Part shown: in pieces, positions 46,915-56,371 of the stretch
Layout: each line of letters starts with the position of its first letter
Numbering within the stretch: position 1 is the stretch's first letter
IMG/VR virus record: IMGVR_UViG_3300032288_004964
Span: 124,001-188,000 of that record
DNA length: 64,000 nucleotides
Reading direction: 5' to 3' (one strand)
Translations under genes and position numbers: made by a program
The notes under the pieces: generated by a model
Told to the model about the DNA's origin: nothing
The model's input: only the letters and a program-made list of their open reading frames with translations
Databases searched by the model: none

Positions 46915-48060
46915 ATGGCAGGATGTGGATCATCATTATTTGGAAACAGTAGTCAATTCATTAAAATAAATGGTGGTGACTTTGTAGCTATACAAGGTTC
47001 CGATACAAGAGAAAGGCTTATAACATCTGATTTAAGAATGCCTTATAAGCAAATTTTAAAAAGCAGAGTAATCTTAAAAGTAGGACAAACAAATTATTTA
47101 CTTAATCATTTAGGTCTTGGTGATAATGCTACTTTTCTTTGTCTTAGAGCTACTTATGACCCAAAATCAGTAAATGAAGAAGATAACTATATTAACTGGA
47201 GCTATTATGATGATCCAACTAGAATAAATACATTTGCTCAAATGATGGTTCTAACTGGAAATTCAACACATAGAATTCCTCAACTTTATTTAACAAATCC
47301 AAGTACTAAATATACTGTTTTTATTGATGTTATGGTTGCTGTTATTGATGAAGAATATTCATTCTTCGGTGATGTATTAAATCAATCAGGTACATCTTTC
47401 ACAGGCTTAGAATATACAGATATTAAATCACATATTATTGGAGAATCAATAGTAATTAATGATAAAAATTCACCACCTAGACCTTTAATTTATATACTAT
47501 TAAACAGTATAAATTCTATAGAGAAAAGTGGAACTATATTAATAATTGATAACACAACATATGGTACTTTATTTTTGCAGTTCCTAACTGAGAATGATGC
47601 TTTTCAAGCACATTCATTATTAAATTATATACTTGAAAATCCATCTGTTGATATTGATAGTTTAAGTCCGGTGGGTGATTTAGTTGATCCGGTTCTTCAT
47701 TTTTATAGTAATGTAGGAGCATCTGCTTCTTTAGACTATATTGCATTTAATGGTGATATATATGGTGTTCCTTATAATACTTCAGATGGTTTTACTTTTT
47801 CTACTACTATATCATTGGCACAATCTGGTGTTTCTGGTTCTATAACTAGATCTAGATTAATTGACTTATTAATTGACTACATAGAAGATAATAGAGATGG
47901 TTATATGAACATGAATACATATAATTTAATTATTACTGGAACTAGCGGTGTTGTTACTACAGTTTCAAATCCTGGTACATATTCATTAACATTTGACTTC
48001 TCTGATATAGCACAAAACTATTTAGATGGAGTTATAGTAGATTTAAATATAACAGCTTAA
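46915..48060 (+). CDS. Putative structural protein
   Basis: 381 aa; beta-rich; structural cluster. Confidence 0.5.
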   Translation: MAGCGSSLFGNSSQFIKINGGDFVAIQGSDTRERLITSDLRMPYKQILKSRVILKVGQTNYLLNHLGLGDNATFLCLRATYDPKSVNEEDNYINWSYYDDPTRINTFAQMMVLTGNSTHRIPQLYLTNPSTKYTVFIDVMVAVIDEEYSFFGDVLNQSGTSFTGLEYTDIKSHIIGESIVINDKNSPPRPLIYILLNSINSIEKSGTILIIDNTTYGTLFLQFLTENDAFQAHSLLNYILENPSVDIDSLSPVGDLVDPVLHFYSNVGASASLDYIAFNGDIYGVPYNTSDGFTFSTTISLAQSGVSGSITRSRLIDLLIDYIEDNRDGYMNMNTYNLIITGTSGVVTTVSNPGTYSLTFDFSDIAQNYLDGVIVDLNITA

Positions 48061-48076
48061 AAAATAAATAATAGAA

Positions 48077-50365
48077 ATGAGTTATAGTTACGATAGATTC
48101 TTAAGACCGATAACATCAACCGATAGAAATATACAAATCTTAGATAATACTGGTATTATTAAATATACTATTAATCCATTTTCTGTCGTTGAGTCGATGG
48201 TTTCTAATAATTTATTAAAAATTAATATAAAGGGTGCTAGAATTATAACTATAAACTTTTCTACATCCAATGAAGCTAAGTTAGCTTTACCTAGATTACA
48301 ACAGCAAATTGATACATTAACTCAGAAAGTACCACTTGTAATTGATAAAGATATAAAAAATTATATAGATAGTGTAGTTGGAAATACTGGCACAAGTGGT
48401 TCATCTGGATCATCTGGTACATCTGGTGTTGATGGTACTTTTTATGGGTCAAGTGGATCTTCTGGTGTAAATGGCACATCTGGTGTTTCTGGTGCTACTG
48501 GTGCTACTGGATCTAATGGATCATCTGGTACATCTGGTACATCTGGTATATCTGGTGGATCTTATGATTATAGTAATGGAATAACTTTAACTGGATTAAC
48601 TGTTAGTTTAGGTGGTACACTTAGTCAAACCGTGATATTAAATGGTGATCTAAATGATTTACTTTTCACAGGATTTGATAACTTGGTTTTTACTAGTTCT
48701 GTATTTGATGTTGTTTCTGATCTTATTAGTTTAGATTCAAATGATTCTACTCAAATATTATCTATTAATGATATTACAATAAATGCTGGTGGTCAAATAT
48801 CTTTAAGTGGTGATTCTGGATTGGTTTCCATTGGAAATACACAAGGTTTAGTTTATCAATCTGATTATAAATTAGGATTTGTAACACACTCATTAGTTGA
48901 TAAGGGTTATGTGGATTTCGCAATTGAAGGTGTGTCTAAATACAGAGGAACTTCTAGTACTCAAATTGTTGTACCTGAAGCTGGATATGTTGTAACATTT
49001 ACTACACAAACTAATTTAGCTTATACACCTGGTGAAACTATTGTAATGTATGATACCTATCCAAACCTATATATGATTGATGATTATGTAGAAGATGGTG
49101 TTAGTGGTAATATAATAGGTACAGTTGATTCATATAATATACTTACTGGTAGTATATCAGTTGTTGTTGATTATTCAGAATCTATTGGTAATACATATAG
49201 TTATTGGTATATAAATTTAAGTGGTAAAACTGGTGTTGGTTTAATTGGAGCTACTGGAGCTACAGGTTTCAGTGGTACTAATGGTACTTCTGGTACAAGT
49301 GGGTCATCTGGTACAAGTGGATCATCTGGTACAAGTGGATCATCTGGGACATCAGGTTCTAGTGGAACATATGGTTCTAGTGGATCATCTGGGACATCAG
49401 GTTCTTCTGGTCCTTCTGGTTTATCTGGTACTTCTGGTACATCCGGTACTTCTCAAAATGTTTCTGCTAGTTATATGAGAGGTTCTCGTTCTACTCAACA
49501 AACCACTAATTTAACTATTAATAGTTTAGTTGCCTTTACCCAAACTGATAATTCAACTGGATCTGATATATCATTGAACACATCAACTGGTCAAATTACA
49601 CTTGCTGCAAATAGAACTTATAGATTATTAGCTCAAGTACCAACTTGGGAAGGATTGAGTGGTGCTAGACCATCTTTTAGATGGTATGATGAAACGTCAG
49701 CCTCTTATATAGGTAGTTTATCAGCCGCTTATAATCCAGGTGATGCTGGTGCTTATGGTGCATTTGGTGGCACATCCGATGTTGTTATCACAACAACACA
49801 AACAACAGTTGTTTCTTTTAGAATAGTTAATGGTACTAACTTATCTGGACTAGGTGGTAACGGTGATTTTAGTACAGGTGGTTCTTATCCTTGGTTTGAT
49901 ATTGAAGTTATATCTGGATATGTACCAATAGTTAATGATACAAGTTTATCTTTATCAGAAACACTTACAGTTACTGGTACTGCTTCTTTTAATGGATTAA
50001 CTGTTTTACAAGAAGTATCTGAAGTTATAAATTCAACACCTGGGGCTACTGCATCAACTGTTATATATGACTTCTCAACAGGTTCTAATTGGTATCATTC
50101 ATCTGCTACTACTAACTATACTGCTAATTTTACAAATATTCCAACAGATAATAATAGAGCAACAACTGTTACTATAGTTATAAATCAAGGTTCAACTGCT
50201 TATATACCAACTGCTGTTCAAATAGGTGGTACTCCATCAACTGTTAAATGGGCTGGTGGTACTGCTTCTGGGAATGCTAATCAAGTCGATATAGTTGGAT
50301 TTACATTTATTAGAAGTGGTAATGCCTGGGCTCAAGTCTTAGGACAAATAAACACTTTTGATTAA
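48077..50365 (+). CDS. Collagen-like (Gly-Thr/Ser-Ser) fibre protein
   Basis: Two G-X-Y tracts (GTS/GSS/GAT); C-terminal VKWAGG..GNANQVDIVG..QVLGQ domain. Confidence 0.75.
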   Translation: MSYSYDRFLRPITSTDRNIQILDNTGIIKYTINPFSVVESMVSNNLLKINIKGARIITINFSTSNEAKLALPRLQQQIDTLTQKVPLVIDKDIKNYIDSVVGNTGTSGSSGSSGTSGVDGTFYGSSGSSGVNGTSGVSGATGATGSNGSSGTSGTSGISGGSYDYSNGITLTGLTVSLGGTLSQTVILNGDLNDLLFTGFDNLVFTSSVFDVVSDLISLDSNDSTQILSINDITINAGGQISLSGDSGLVSIGNTQGLVYQSDYKLGFVTHSLVDKGYVDFAIEGVSKYRGTSSTQIVVPEAGYVVTFTTQTNLAYTPGETIVMYDTYPNLYMIDDYVEDGVSGNIIGTVDSYNILTGSISVVVDYSESIGNTYSYWYINLSGKTGVGLIGATGATGFSGTNGTSGTSGSSGTSGSSGTSGSSGTSGSSGTYGSSGSSGTSGSSGPSGLSGTSGTSGTSQNVSASYMRGSRSTQQTTNLTINSLVAFTQTDNSTGSDISLNTSTGQITLAANRTYRLLAQVPTWEGLSGARPSFRWYDETSASYIGSLSAAYNPGDAGAYGAFGGTSDVVITTTQTTVVSFRIVNGTNLSGLGGNGDFSTGGSYPWFDIEVISGYVPIVNDTSLSLSETLTVTGTASFNGLTVLQEVSEVINSTPGATASTVIYDFSTGSNWYHSSATTNYTANFTNIPTDNNRATTVTIVINQGSTAYIPTAVQIGGTPSTVKWAGGTASGNANQVDIVGFTFIRSGNAWAQVLGQINTFD

Positions 50366-50366
50366 T

Positions 50367-52847
50367 ATGTTTAGTAGATTATCATCATTTTCAGGACCAT
50401 TATCGCCTGTTTTTAGACTACCAGGTGGATTTACACTTAATGGTTTAATTTTAAGATATGTTATAGGAGATACTAACTCTTATTCAGGAACTAGTAGTGT
50501 CATCGACTTACAAGGTAATTCTAATGGAACTTTATACAATGGACAAGATATTGTTGGTATTGGTCCAACATATTCACTTAATGGTTACTTAAATTTTGAT
50601 GGAGTCAATGATTATATTATGACAAATACATCACTTAATTCTAAATTGTCACCAGCAAATACATCAACAATAATATCACATTTTATTTGGATATATCCTC
50701 AGGATAATGGTGTTATTGTCACTGAACAAGGTGATACATCTTTAAATGGTGTTGGTTGGCATGATTCACAAATTGAAATAGTTTCAGGAACATTAAAGTT
50801 TGGTGTTTGGAATGGTATAATTATATCTTCGTCTATTTCAATATCTTTATATAATTGGTACTATGTTGGCTTAACTTATGATGGAATAACACTAAGAGGT
50901 TATGTAAATGGTCAACTTGCCGGATCTATTACTGGTAGTAGATCAACTCCTCAATCAGCTGGTAATGGACTACATTATGCTATTGGTGCTAATGATGGTA
51001 CAAGTTTAGGTGACGGTAGTTATGCTAAAATGAAACTTGGTGATTTTCATGTTTATAATACAGCTCTTAGTCAACAACAAATTCTTAATAATTACAATGC
51101 TACTAAAAATGATTATATTTATACAGGTAGTATGTCTATTTGGATTGATGCGAATGACCCAGCGAGTTTTTCAGGTGGTTCAATTAGTGATTTGAGTGGT
51201 AATGGTTATACACACTCTTTAGTTGCTACTTCATCTACAATATTTGGTTTCAAGTCTTTTAATTGCACAGCGGTGTCAAATAATTATATAAGAGTAAACG
51301 GAACAGGTCCATTATTACCTACATCAGGTTATACATATGTTGCTTGGGCAAGAATTTCAGCAGATTCTTCTACATATAGAACATTATATAGAAGTTCTCC
51401 AAATGATCATGCTCTTTTAGTTCAAATAAATACTGATAATTTAGGATTTTGGGATAATGATTCAAATTCTTTTAAAGATTCTGGTTATGATGTAAGCTCA
51501 ATTGAAGAAAAATGGGTTCAATATTCGGTAGTTGGTGATTCATCTAGTAGTATATTCTATATAAATGATGTAGAAGTTGGTGCAACCAATTCCGGTGCTA
51601 GTGGTAATAGACATGATTACTTTGGTGGTATTGATGGACAACCTTTTGGTTATGTTGGTAATATGATGTTATATAATAAAAAATTATCTCAATCTGAAAT
51701 TAAACAAAATTATGATGCTCTTAAAAATGTTTATAAGAATGGTGATTTTGTAATTAGTAATATAGGTATATCTTTACTACCGTCTAATGCTGGTAGTACT
51801 ATTTGGTCCGATTCAAAAGGCAATTTTAATGCCACAATGTCAGGATCGCCATCATATAATAATACTGGTTATACATTTAATGGAACTTCTCAGTATGGTA
51901 GAATTGTTAGTTCTACAGGTATTACCGATTTTACAAATACAAATAATTATACTATCGAGGTATGGACTAAACCATCTTCAGGACAACCAAATTCAACAAC
52001 AACCATTTTGGAAAAATGGAATTTAGGAAATTCATCAAATTATCCTTATACATTAAGATTTACTGAAGGTTCAAGTACTGCTTATTTTGCTTGTTATGAT
52101 GGAACTAATTTCCCTCAAGGTACTTTAACCGGAGTTTCAGTAGGTAACTGGTATCAATTAGTTGGTGTTTTTAATTTCACCACTGATGTTTTAACAGTTT
52201 ATAAAAATGGTATTTCTGCTGGAACTGCAAGTTTAGTTGGGGTTGGTGGTTTAAGTAATACAAGTCCTGTGGGAATTGCTCATAGAGTAAGTATTGACGG
52301 ATCATCTGCTGAGTTTATGTTTAAGGGTTCAATTGGTATTATAAGAATTTATAGTTCTGCTCTCAGCGCCTCTGATGTATCTAAAAACTTTGAGGCAAAT
52401 AGAAATATTTATGGAATTTCAGACTCGATCACTACAACTACTACGACTGTTGCTCCGACAACTACAACTACTACGACTGTTTTTCAAGGTGGTCCAATAA
52501 GTGAAATCTCCGTTAATCTTGGAATTAATGGTGTTGTTTATACACTAGCTGATGGACATGATTTTGAAAGTGGTCCTTTCGAACAAATGTTTTCAACAAC
52601 TACACTAAATATGTTTACTGCGTTAACCAATTATTTAGGTGATACACCTAATGCTGAATTTAATTTAGATATTACTCAAGTATTTGATAATCAAGGAAAT
52701 CTAGATGGTTATTCAATTAATTTATATCTAAGTACCCCAGGGAATGGATACAATGTTGGTGATATTATAACCATACCTGGAAGTGAAATTGGTGGAACCG
52801 ATAACACTGATGATGACTTAATAATAACTGTTACTTCAATATCATAG
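50367..52847 (+). CDS. Multi-LamG (concanavalin A-like) adhesin/fibre tip protein
   Basis: Three repeats of FDG..DY/FNG..Y...W..V...Y.NG...YN.ALS..I..NY; Thr-rich linker; start at MFSRLS (or 50358). Confidence 0.8.
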   Translation: MFSRLSSFSGPLSPVFRLPGGFTLNGLILRYVIGDTNSYSGTSSVIDLQGNSNGTLYNGQDIVGIGPTYSLNGYLNFDGVNDYIMTNTSLNSKLSPANTSTIISHFIWIYPQDNGVIVTEQGDTSLNGVGWHDSQIEIVSGTLKFGVWNGIIISSSISISLYNWYYVGLTYDGITLRGYVNGQLAGSITGSRSTPQSAGNGLHYAIGANDGTSLGDGSYAKMKLGDFHVYNTALSQQQILNNYNATKNDYIYTGSMSIWIDANDPASFSGGSISDLSGNGYTHSLVATSSTIFGFKSFNCTAVSNNYIRVNGTGPLLPTSGYTYVAWARISADSSTYRTLYRSSPNDHALLVQINTDNLGFWDNDSNSFKDSGYDVSSIEEKWVQYSVVGDSSSSIFYINDVEVGATNSGASGNRHDYFGGIDGQPFGYVGNMMLYNKKLSQSEIKQNYDALKNVYKNGDFVISNIGISLLPSNAGSTIWSDSKGNFNATMSGSPSYNNTGYTFNGTSQYGRIVSSTGITDFTNTNNYTIEVWTKPSSGQPNSTTTILEKWNLGNSSNYPYTLRFTEGSSTAYFACYDGTNFPQGTLTGVSVGNWYQLVGVFNFTTDVLTVYKNGISAGTASLVGVGGLSNTSPVGIAHRVSIDGSSAEFMFKGSIGIIRIYSSALSASDVSKNFEANRNIYGISDSITTTTTTVAPTTTTTTTVFQGGPISEISVNLGINGVVYTLADGHDFESGPFEQMFSTTTLNMFTALTNYLGDTPNAEFNLDITQVFDNQGNLDGYSINLYLSTPGNGYNVGDIITIPGSEIGGTDNTDDDLIITVTSIS

Positions 52848-52986
52848 GAACTGATGAATCTGTTAAATAAAAAATTTATTTTTTAATTGATACTTATAAT
52901 ATAATGATATAGCAATTGTCAAGTAGCAAAAAATAGAAAAAATTAATATTTGAAATATAATATATAATAAAAAATAACAATAAAAT

Positions 52987-53220
52987 ATGCAAATATCATT
53001 AACAAATCCGAAGAAAGTAGTTTTACAAGAAGAAAAAAGTAAAACAGTAACGACACTAACAGTATCACGAATTGTGGACTTACCGAAGAAGAAAATGGTT
53101 AGAGCTTTTGTAGAAGAATTAGACGAGCCTGTAGTATTATGGGAAGGCGCGGCTTATGATTCAATTGGTCAATGGACTGATGCAAATGTTGAAGCTAGAT
53201 TAGCTGAATTGTATTCATAA
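52987..53220 (+). CDS. Small hypothetical protein (possibly fibre-associated)
   Basis: 77 aa with a late box and its own terminator. Confidence 0.6.
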   Translation: MQISLTNPKKVVLQEEKSKTVTTLTVSRIVDLPKKKMVRAFVEELDEPVVLWEGAAYDSIGQWTDANVEARLAELYS

Positions 53221-53238
53221 TCTCTTTTGAAACTAATT

Positions 53239-53265
53239 AAAACCCTCTTAAAAAGAGGGTTTTTT
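53239..53265 (+). terminator. Intrinsic terminator
   Basis: AAAACCCTCTT-AAA-AAGAGGGTTTTTT. Confidence 0.8.
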
Positions 53266-53270
53266 ATTTT

Positions 53271-53297
53271 AAACTAAATTGTAATAAATCATATAAT
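53271..53297 (+). promoter_or_regulatory. AAACTA-N15-TATAAT putative promoter
   Basis: Same architecture at 27204-27230, 44020-44046(-), 56273-56299(-) and 20974-20999(-). Confidence 0.55.
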
Positions 53298-53313
53298 AAA
53301 TAAAACTTTTTTA

Positions 53314-54195
53314 ATGTATTCAATATTTCACATAGAAGGAGGAATTGGTAAGAATATTTTAGCAACCGCAGTTATTGATTCCCTCAAGAAAACAGACCCA
53401 GAAAGAAAAATCATTTTAGTTTCAGCTTGGCCTCAAGTTTGGTTTAACAACCCAAACATTGAACAAATATTCCCAATGGGTCAAGTCGCTAACTTTTATA
53501 AAAACTTTATCAAAGACCAAGATGTAAAAATATTCCGTGTTGATCCTTATCATACAGAAGATTATATCCTAAATAAAAAACATTTAATTGAAATTTGGTG
53601 TGATTTAGTTGGAGCTAAATATGATGGAGAACTACCTAAACTTTACTTTTCACCTTTAGAGTTGGAAGGAATTAGATCAAAAATTTTACAAGGAGTAAGT
53701 AAACCTATTTTTTTACTACACACAAATGGTGGTGGTTCTGGTCCTAAATCAAGACCTTATTCTTGGTATAGAGACATACCAATGCAAAATGCTGTAGATA
53801 TTGTTAACTACTTCAAAAATGATTATCATATCTATCAACTTGGATATCAAGGACAATCTTTAATACCAGGTTGTAATAAATTAACTTTAGAAACTAGAGA
53901 AATTTTAGCAGCTCCTCTTTTTTCTAAAAAGAGATTATTAATTGATTCTTTTTCTCAACATGCTTCAGTTGCACTTGGTATGCAATCAGTTGTTTGTTGG
54001 GTTGGAAATAAACCTGAGGTTTTAGGTTATGATAGTCATCTTAATATAAAACCTGTTGCTAAACCCGTATTTGACACTTACCACTCATCTTACTTAGATG
54101 ATTTTGATATTGGAGGTAATCCAGTTCAATTCCCTTATGATAAATTGAAAGTATTTGATTCAAACGAAATAATAAATAAATTATTAACATTATGA
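53314..54195 (+). CDS. Glycosyltransferase, GT9/heptosyltransferase-like (GT-B)
   Basis: GGIGKNILAT.VI..LK...P; F.NNPNI; LLIDSFSQHASVALG. Confidence 0.7.
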   Translation: MYSIFHIEGGIGKNILATAVIDSLKKTDPERKIILVSAWPQVWFNNPNIEQIFPMGQVANFYKNFIKDQDVKIFRVDPYHTEDYILNKKHLIEIWCDLVGAKYDGELPKLYFSPLELEGIRSKILQGVSKPIFLLHTNGGGSGPKSRPYSWYRDIPMQNAVDIVNYFKNDYHIYQLGYQGQSLIPGCNKLTLETREILAAPLFSKKRLLIDSFSQHASVALGMQSVVCWVGNKPEVLGYDSHLNIKPVAKPVFDTYHSSYLDDFDIGGNPVQFPYDKLKVFDSNEIINKLLTL

Positions 54196-54998
54196 GAAAA
54201 ATTCATTATATAGGTGGTCTACCGAGAAGTGGGTCAACTTTATTAACAAACATTCTTTTACAGAATCCAAAATTTGCTACAACAGCAACATCTTCTCTTT
54301 TAGACTTTCTCTTACAAGTAAGAGATAATTGGAATAAATTAGAAGGACATAAAGTTTATGAAGAAGGCCAGGATAAATGGGCAGTTATCAGAGCAATTAT
54401 GTATAACTATCACAAAACTGATAAAGAAGTTATCTTCGATAAAAACAGAGGTTGGTCTACACATATTGAATTTATGGAAAAAGCAACTGGTGAAGGAGTT
54501 AAAATAATTGCTTGTGTTAGAAATCTTGAAGATATCTGTTCTTCTTTTGAAAAACTATTTAGAAAGAATAGAGCTGATGGTGAAATACACGGTGAATTTT
54601 CTAATCCTAAAATGAAAAATAGAGAAGGTAGAGTTGGTGTTTGGACATCAGATGAAGGAGTTATAGGAAGACCTTATATTTCTTTATTAGATACAATCCA
54701 AAGAGGTTTAGGTGATAGAATATTATTCTTCCCATATGAAGAATGGTCATCTAATCCTGACTTCTGGTTTAAGAAATTATATGAGTTTGTAGGTGAAGAA
54801 TATTACCAACATGATTTTAATAATATCGAACAAGTTATTAGAGAAAATGATGCTGGTTATGGTTGGGGATCTGATTTGCATGAAATTAAAAATGGTAGAT
54901 TATTACCAGCTAAATCAGATGCTATTGAAATATTAGGTAGAGATTGGTTTGTTAAATTACATGACACAGAATTCTGGAAGACTAAGAAAAAGAAATAA
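54192..54998 (+). CDS. PAPS-dependent sulfotransferase
   Basis: 5'-PSB loop GLPRSGSTLL; 3'-PB IIACVRN..DI.SS; YEE...P. Confidence 0.85.
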   Translation: MRKIHYIGGLPRSGSTLLTNILLQNPKFATTATSSLLDFLLQVRDNWNKLEGHKVYEEGQDKWAVIRAIMYNYHKTDKEVIFDKNRGWSTHIEFMEKATGEGVKIIACVRNLEDICSSFEKLFRKNRADGEIHGEFSNPKMKNREGRVGVWTSDEGVIGRPYISLLDTIQRGLGDRILFFPYEEWSSNPDFWFKKLYEFVGEEYYQHDFNNIEQVIRENDAGYGWGSDLHEIKNGRLLPAKSDAIEILGRDWFVKLHDTEFWKTKKKK

Positions 54999-54999
54999 T

Positions 55000-55032
55000 A
55001 AAAAAACCTCTCAAATTTGAGAGGTTTTTTTT
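55000..55032. terminator. Bidirectional intrinsic terminator
   Basis: AAAAAACCTCTCAAATTTGAGAGGTTTTTT palindrome. Confidence 0.85.
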
Positions 55033-55237
55033 ATTCATCCATTTTAATAAATTTATACCAAAATCTTTCATGTATAAAGTAGATAATAGGTTTTAAGACT
55101 AACTCACTAACACCTAATAAAGAAGCAATTTTAAGAGGTGCCCCTAACAATGTAGCTGTTATAACTGTTGTTAAAGTTCCTAAAATTCTATATGTTATAG
55201 TTTTATAAAGGTGTCTCTTTATAGCTTTATCCTTCAT
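55031..55237 (-). CDS. DUF2061-like small membrane protein
   Basis: RHLYKTITYRILGT...K.IIYFIHER.W. Confidence 0.8.
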   Translation of the reverse strand: MKDKAIKRHLYKTITYRILGTLTTVITATLLGAPLKIASLLGVSELVLKPIIYFIHERFWYKFIKMDE

Positions 55238-55685
55238 TTACCATTAGATTTTTTATTACATCTTCTTGTATAGACTCGTGAACCATTGTTCTCCAAGAAT
55301 CATCACCATTCTTAATAGAATCTCTGATTTTTGTAGCTGAGATAAATGCGATGTCACCTGGAGGTGTAAACTCATTTATTTCATAACCAACACCTCTTCC
55401 ATAATTAACAGATTCAATATCAGGGATAATCATTACTTTAACATCATCATTTTTAGCAGCATGATACTTCTCAATCATTTCTACTGTTTGTTCAGTTGTA
55501 AAAGGATTCTTTTCATCTGGTTCGATGTCTCTAACCATAATTAAAGCTGGTATACCTGCATCTAATTTTTGTTGAATTAATTCAATATGTCCATAATGAT
55601 AAGGTTGGTATCTACCTACAAAGATAGCATACTTTTTATCTGGATTCTTAGTGGGTTCTCCACCGTGATTTACTTTTGACCACAT
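55227..55685 (-). CDS. HxGH nucleotidyltransferase (cytidylyltransferase-like)
   Basis: FVGRYQPYHYGH; NPF; YGRGVGY; ISATKIR. Confidence 0.8.
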   Translation of the reverse strand: MWSKVNHGGEPTKNPDKKYAIFVGRYQPYHYGHIELIQQKLDAGIPALIMVRDIEPDEKNPFTTEQTVEMIEKYHAAKNDDVKVMIIPDIESVNYGRGVGYEINEFTPPGDIAFISATKIRDSIKNGDDSWRTMVHESIQEDVIKNLMVNEG

Positions 55686-55686
55686 A

Positions 55687-56268
55687 TTATTTGTTATTTT
55701 TTAATATTAACTCAGTAAGAAAGTTTACATTTTTTTCTAAATCTTCTTCTGTGTTATTTTTTAGTACTGTTGCATTTTGAGGAGTTTCAAAAGGAGATGA
55801 GATTCCTGTAAATTCTTTAATTTCACCAGCTCTTGCTTTTTTGTAAAGACCTTTAGGGTCTCTAGTTTCACAAGTAGAAAGTTCAGCATCAATGAAAATT
55901 TCCATAAATCCTTCACCAATAATTTCTTTAGCTTGGTTTCTATTCTTTTCAAATGGAGAGATAAAAGAACAGATTACAATTAGACCAGCATCATTCATAA
56001 GTTTACAAACTTCTGAAACCCTTCTAATGTTTTCTACTCTTGCTTCTTCTGAGAATCCTAAATCTTTGTTAAGACCCATTCTAGTGTTATCACCATCTAA
56101 AATATAGGTGTGATATCCCAAACTGATTAGTTTTTCTTCAACTAAATTAGCAATAGTTGATTTTCCTGAACCGGATAATCCAGACATCCAAATGGTACAA
56201 GCCTTTTGATTTTTGATAGATTCACGGTTTTCTTTTGTTGTTTTAAAATTGTGCGTAGTTATATTCAT
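55687..56268 (-). CDS. cysC: Adenylyl-sulfate (APS) kinase
   Basis: GLSGSGKST; LDGD..R; R.ENIRR; FISP; RDPKGLY.KAR.GEI..FTGI. Confidence 0.95.
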   Translation of the reverse strand: MNITTHNFKTTKENRESIKNQKACTIWMSGLSGSGKSTIANLVEEKLISLGYHTYILDGDNTRMGLNKDLGFSEEARVENIRRVSEVCKLMNDAGLIVICSFISPFEKNRNQAKEIIGEGFMEIFIDAELSTCETRDPKGLYKKARAGEIKEFTGISSPFETPQNATVLKNNTEEDLEKNVNFLTELILKNNK

Positions 56269-56371
56269 ATGAATTATATTTTACAGAGTCTATTTGTTTT
56301 AAAAAATCACATAAAAGAATTTTTTTACATTATAATTTTAATATATACTCTATAAAAAATATTTTTTAACT

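Noticed and set aside
52431-52481. Direct repeat ACTACAACTACTACGACTGTT x2
   Set aside because: It simply encodes a Thr-rich linker within the LamG protein.
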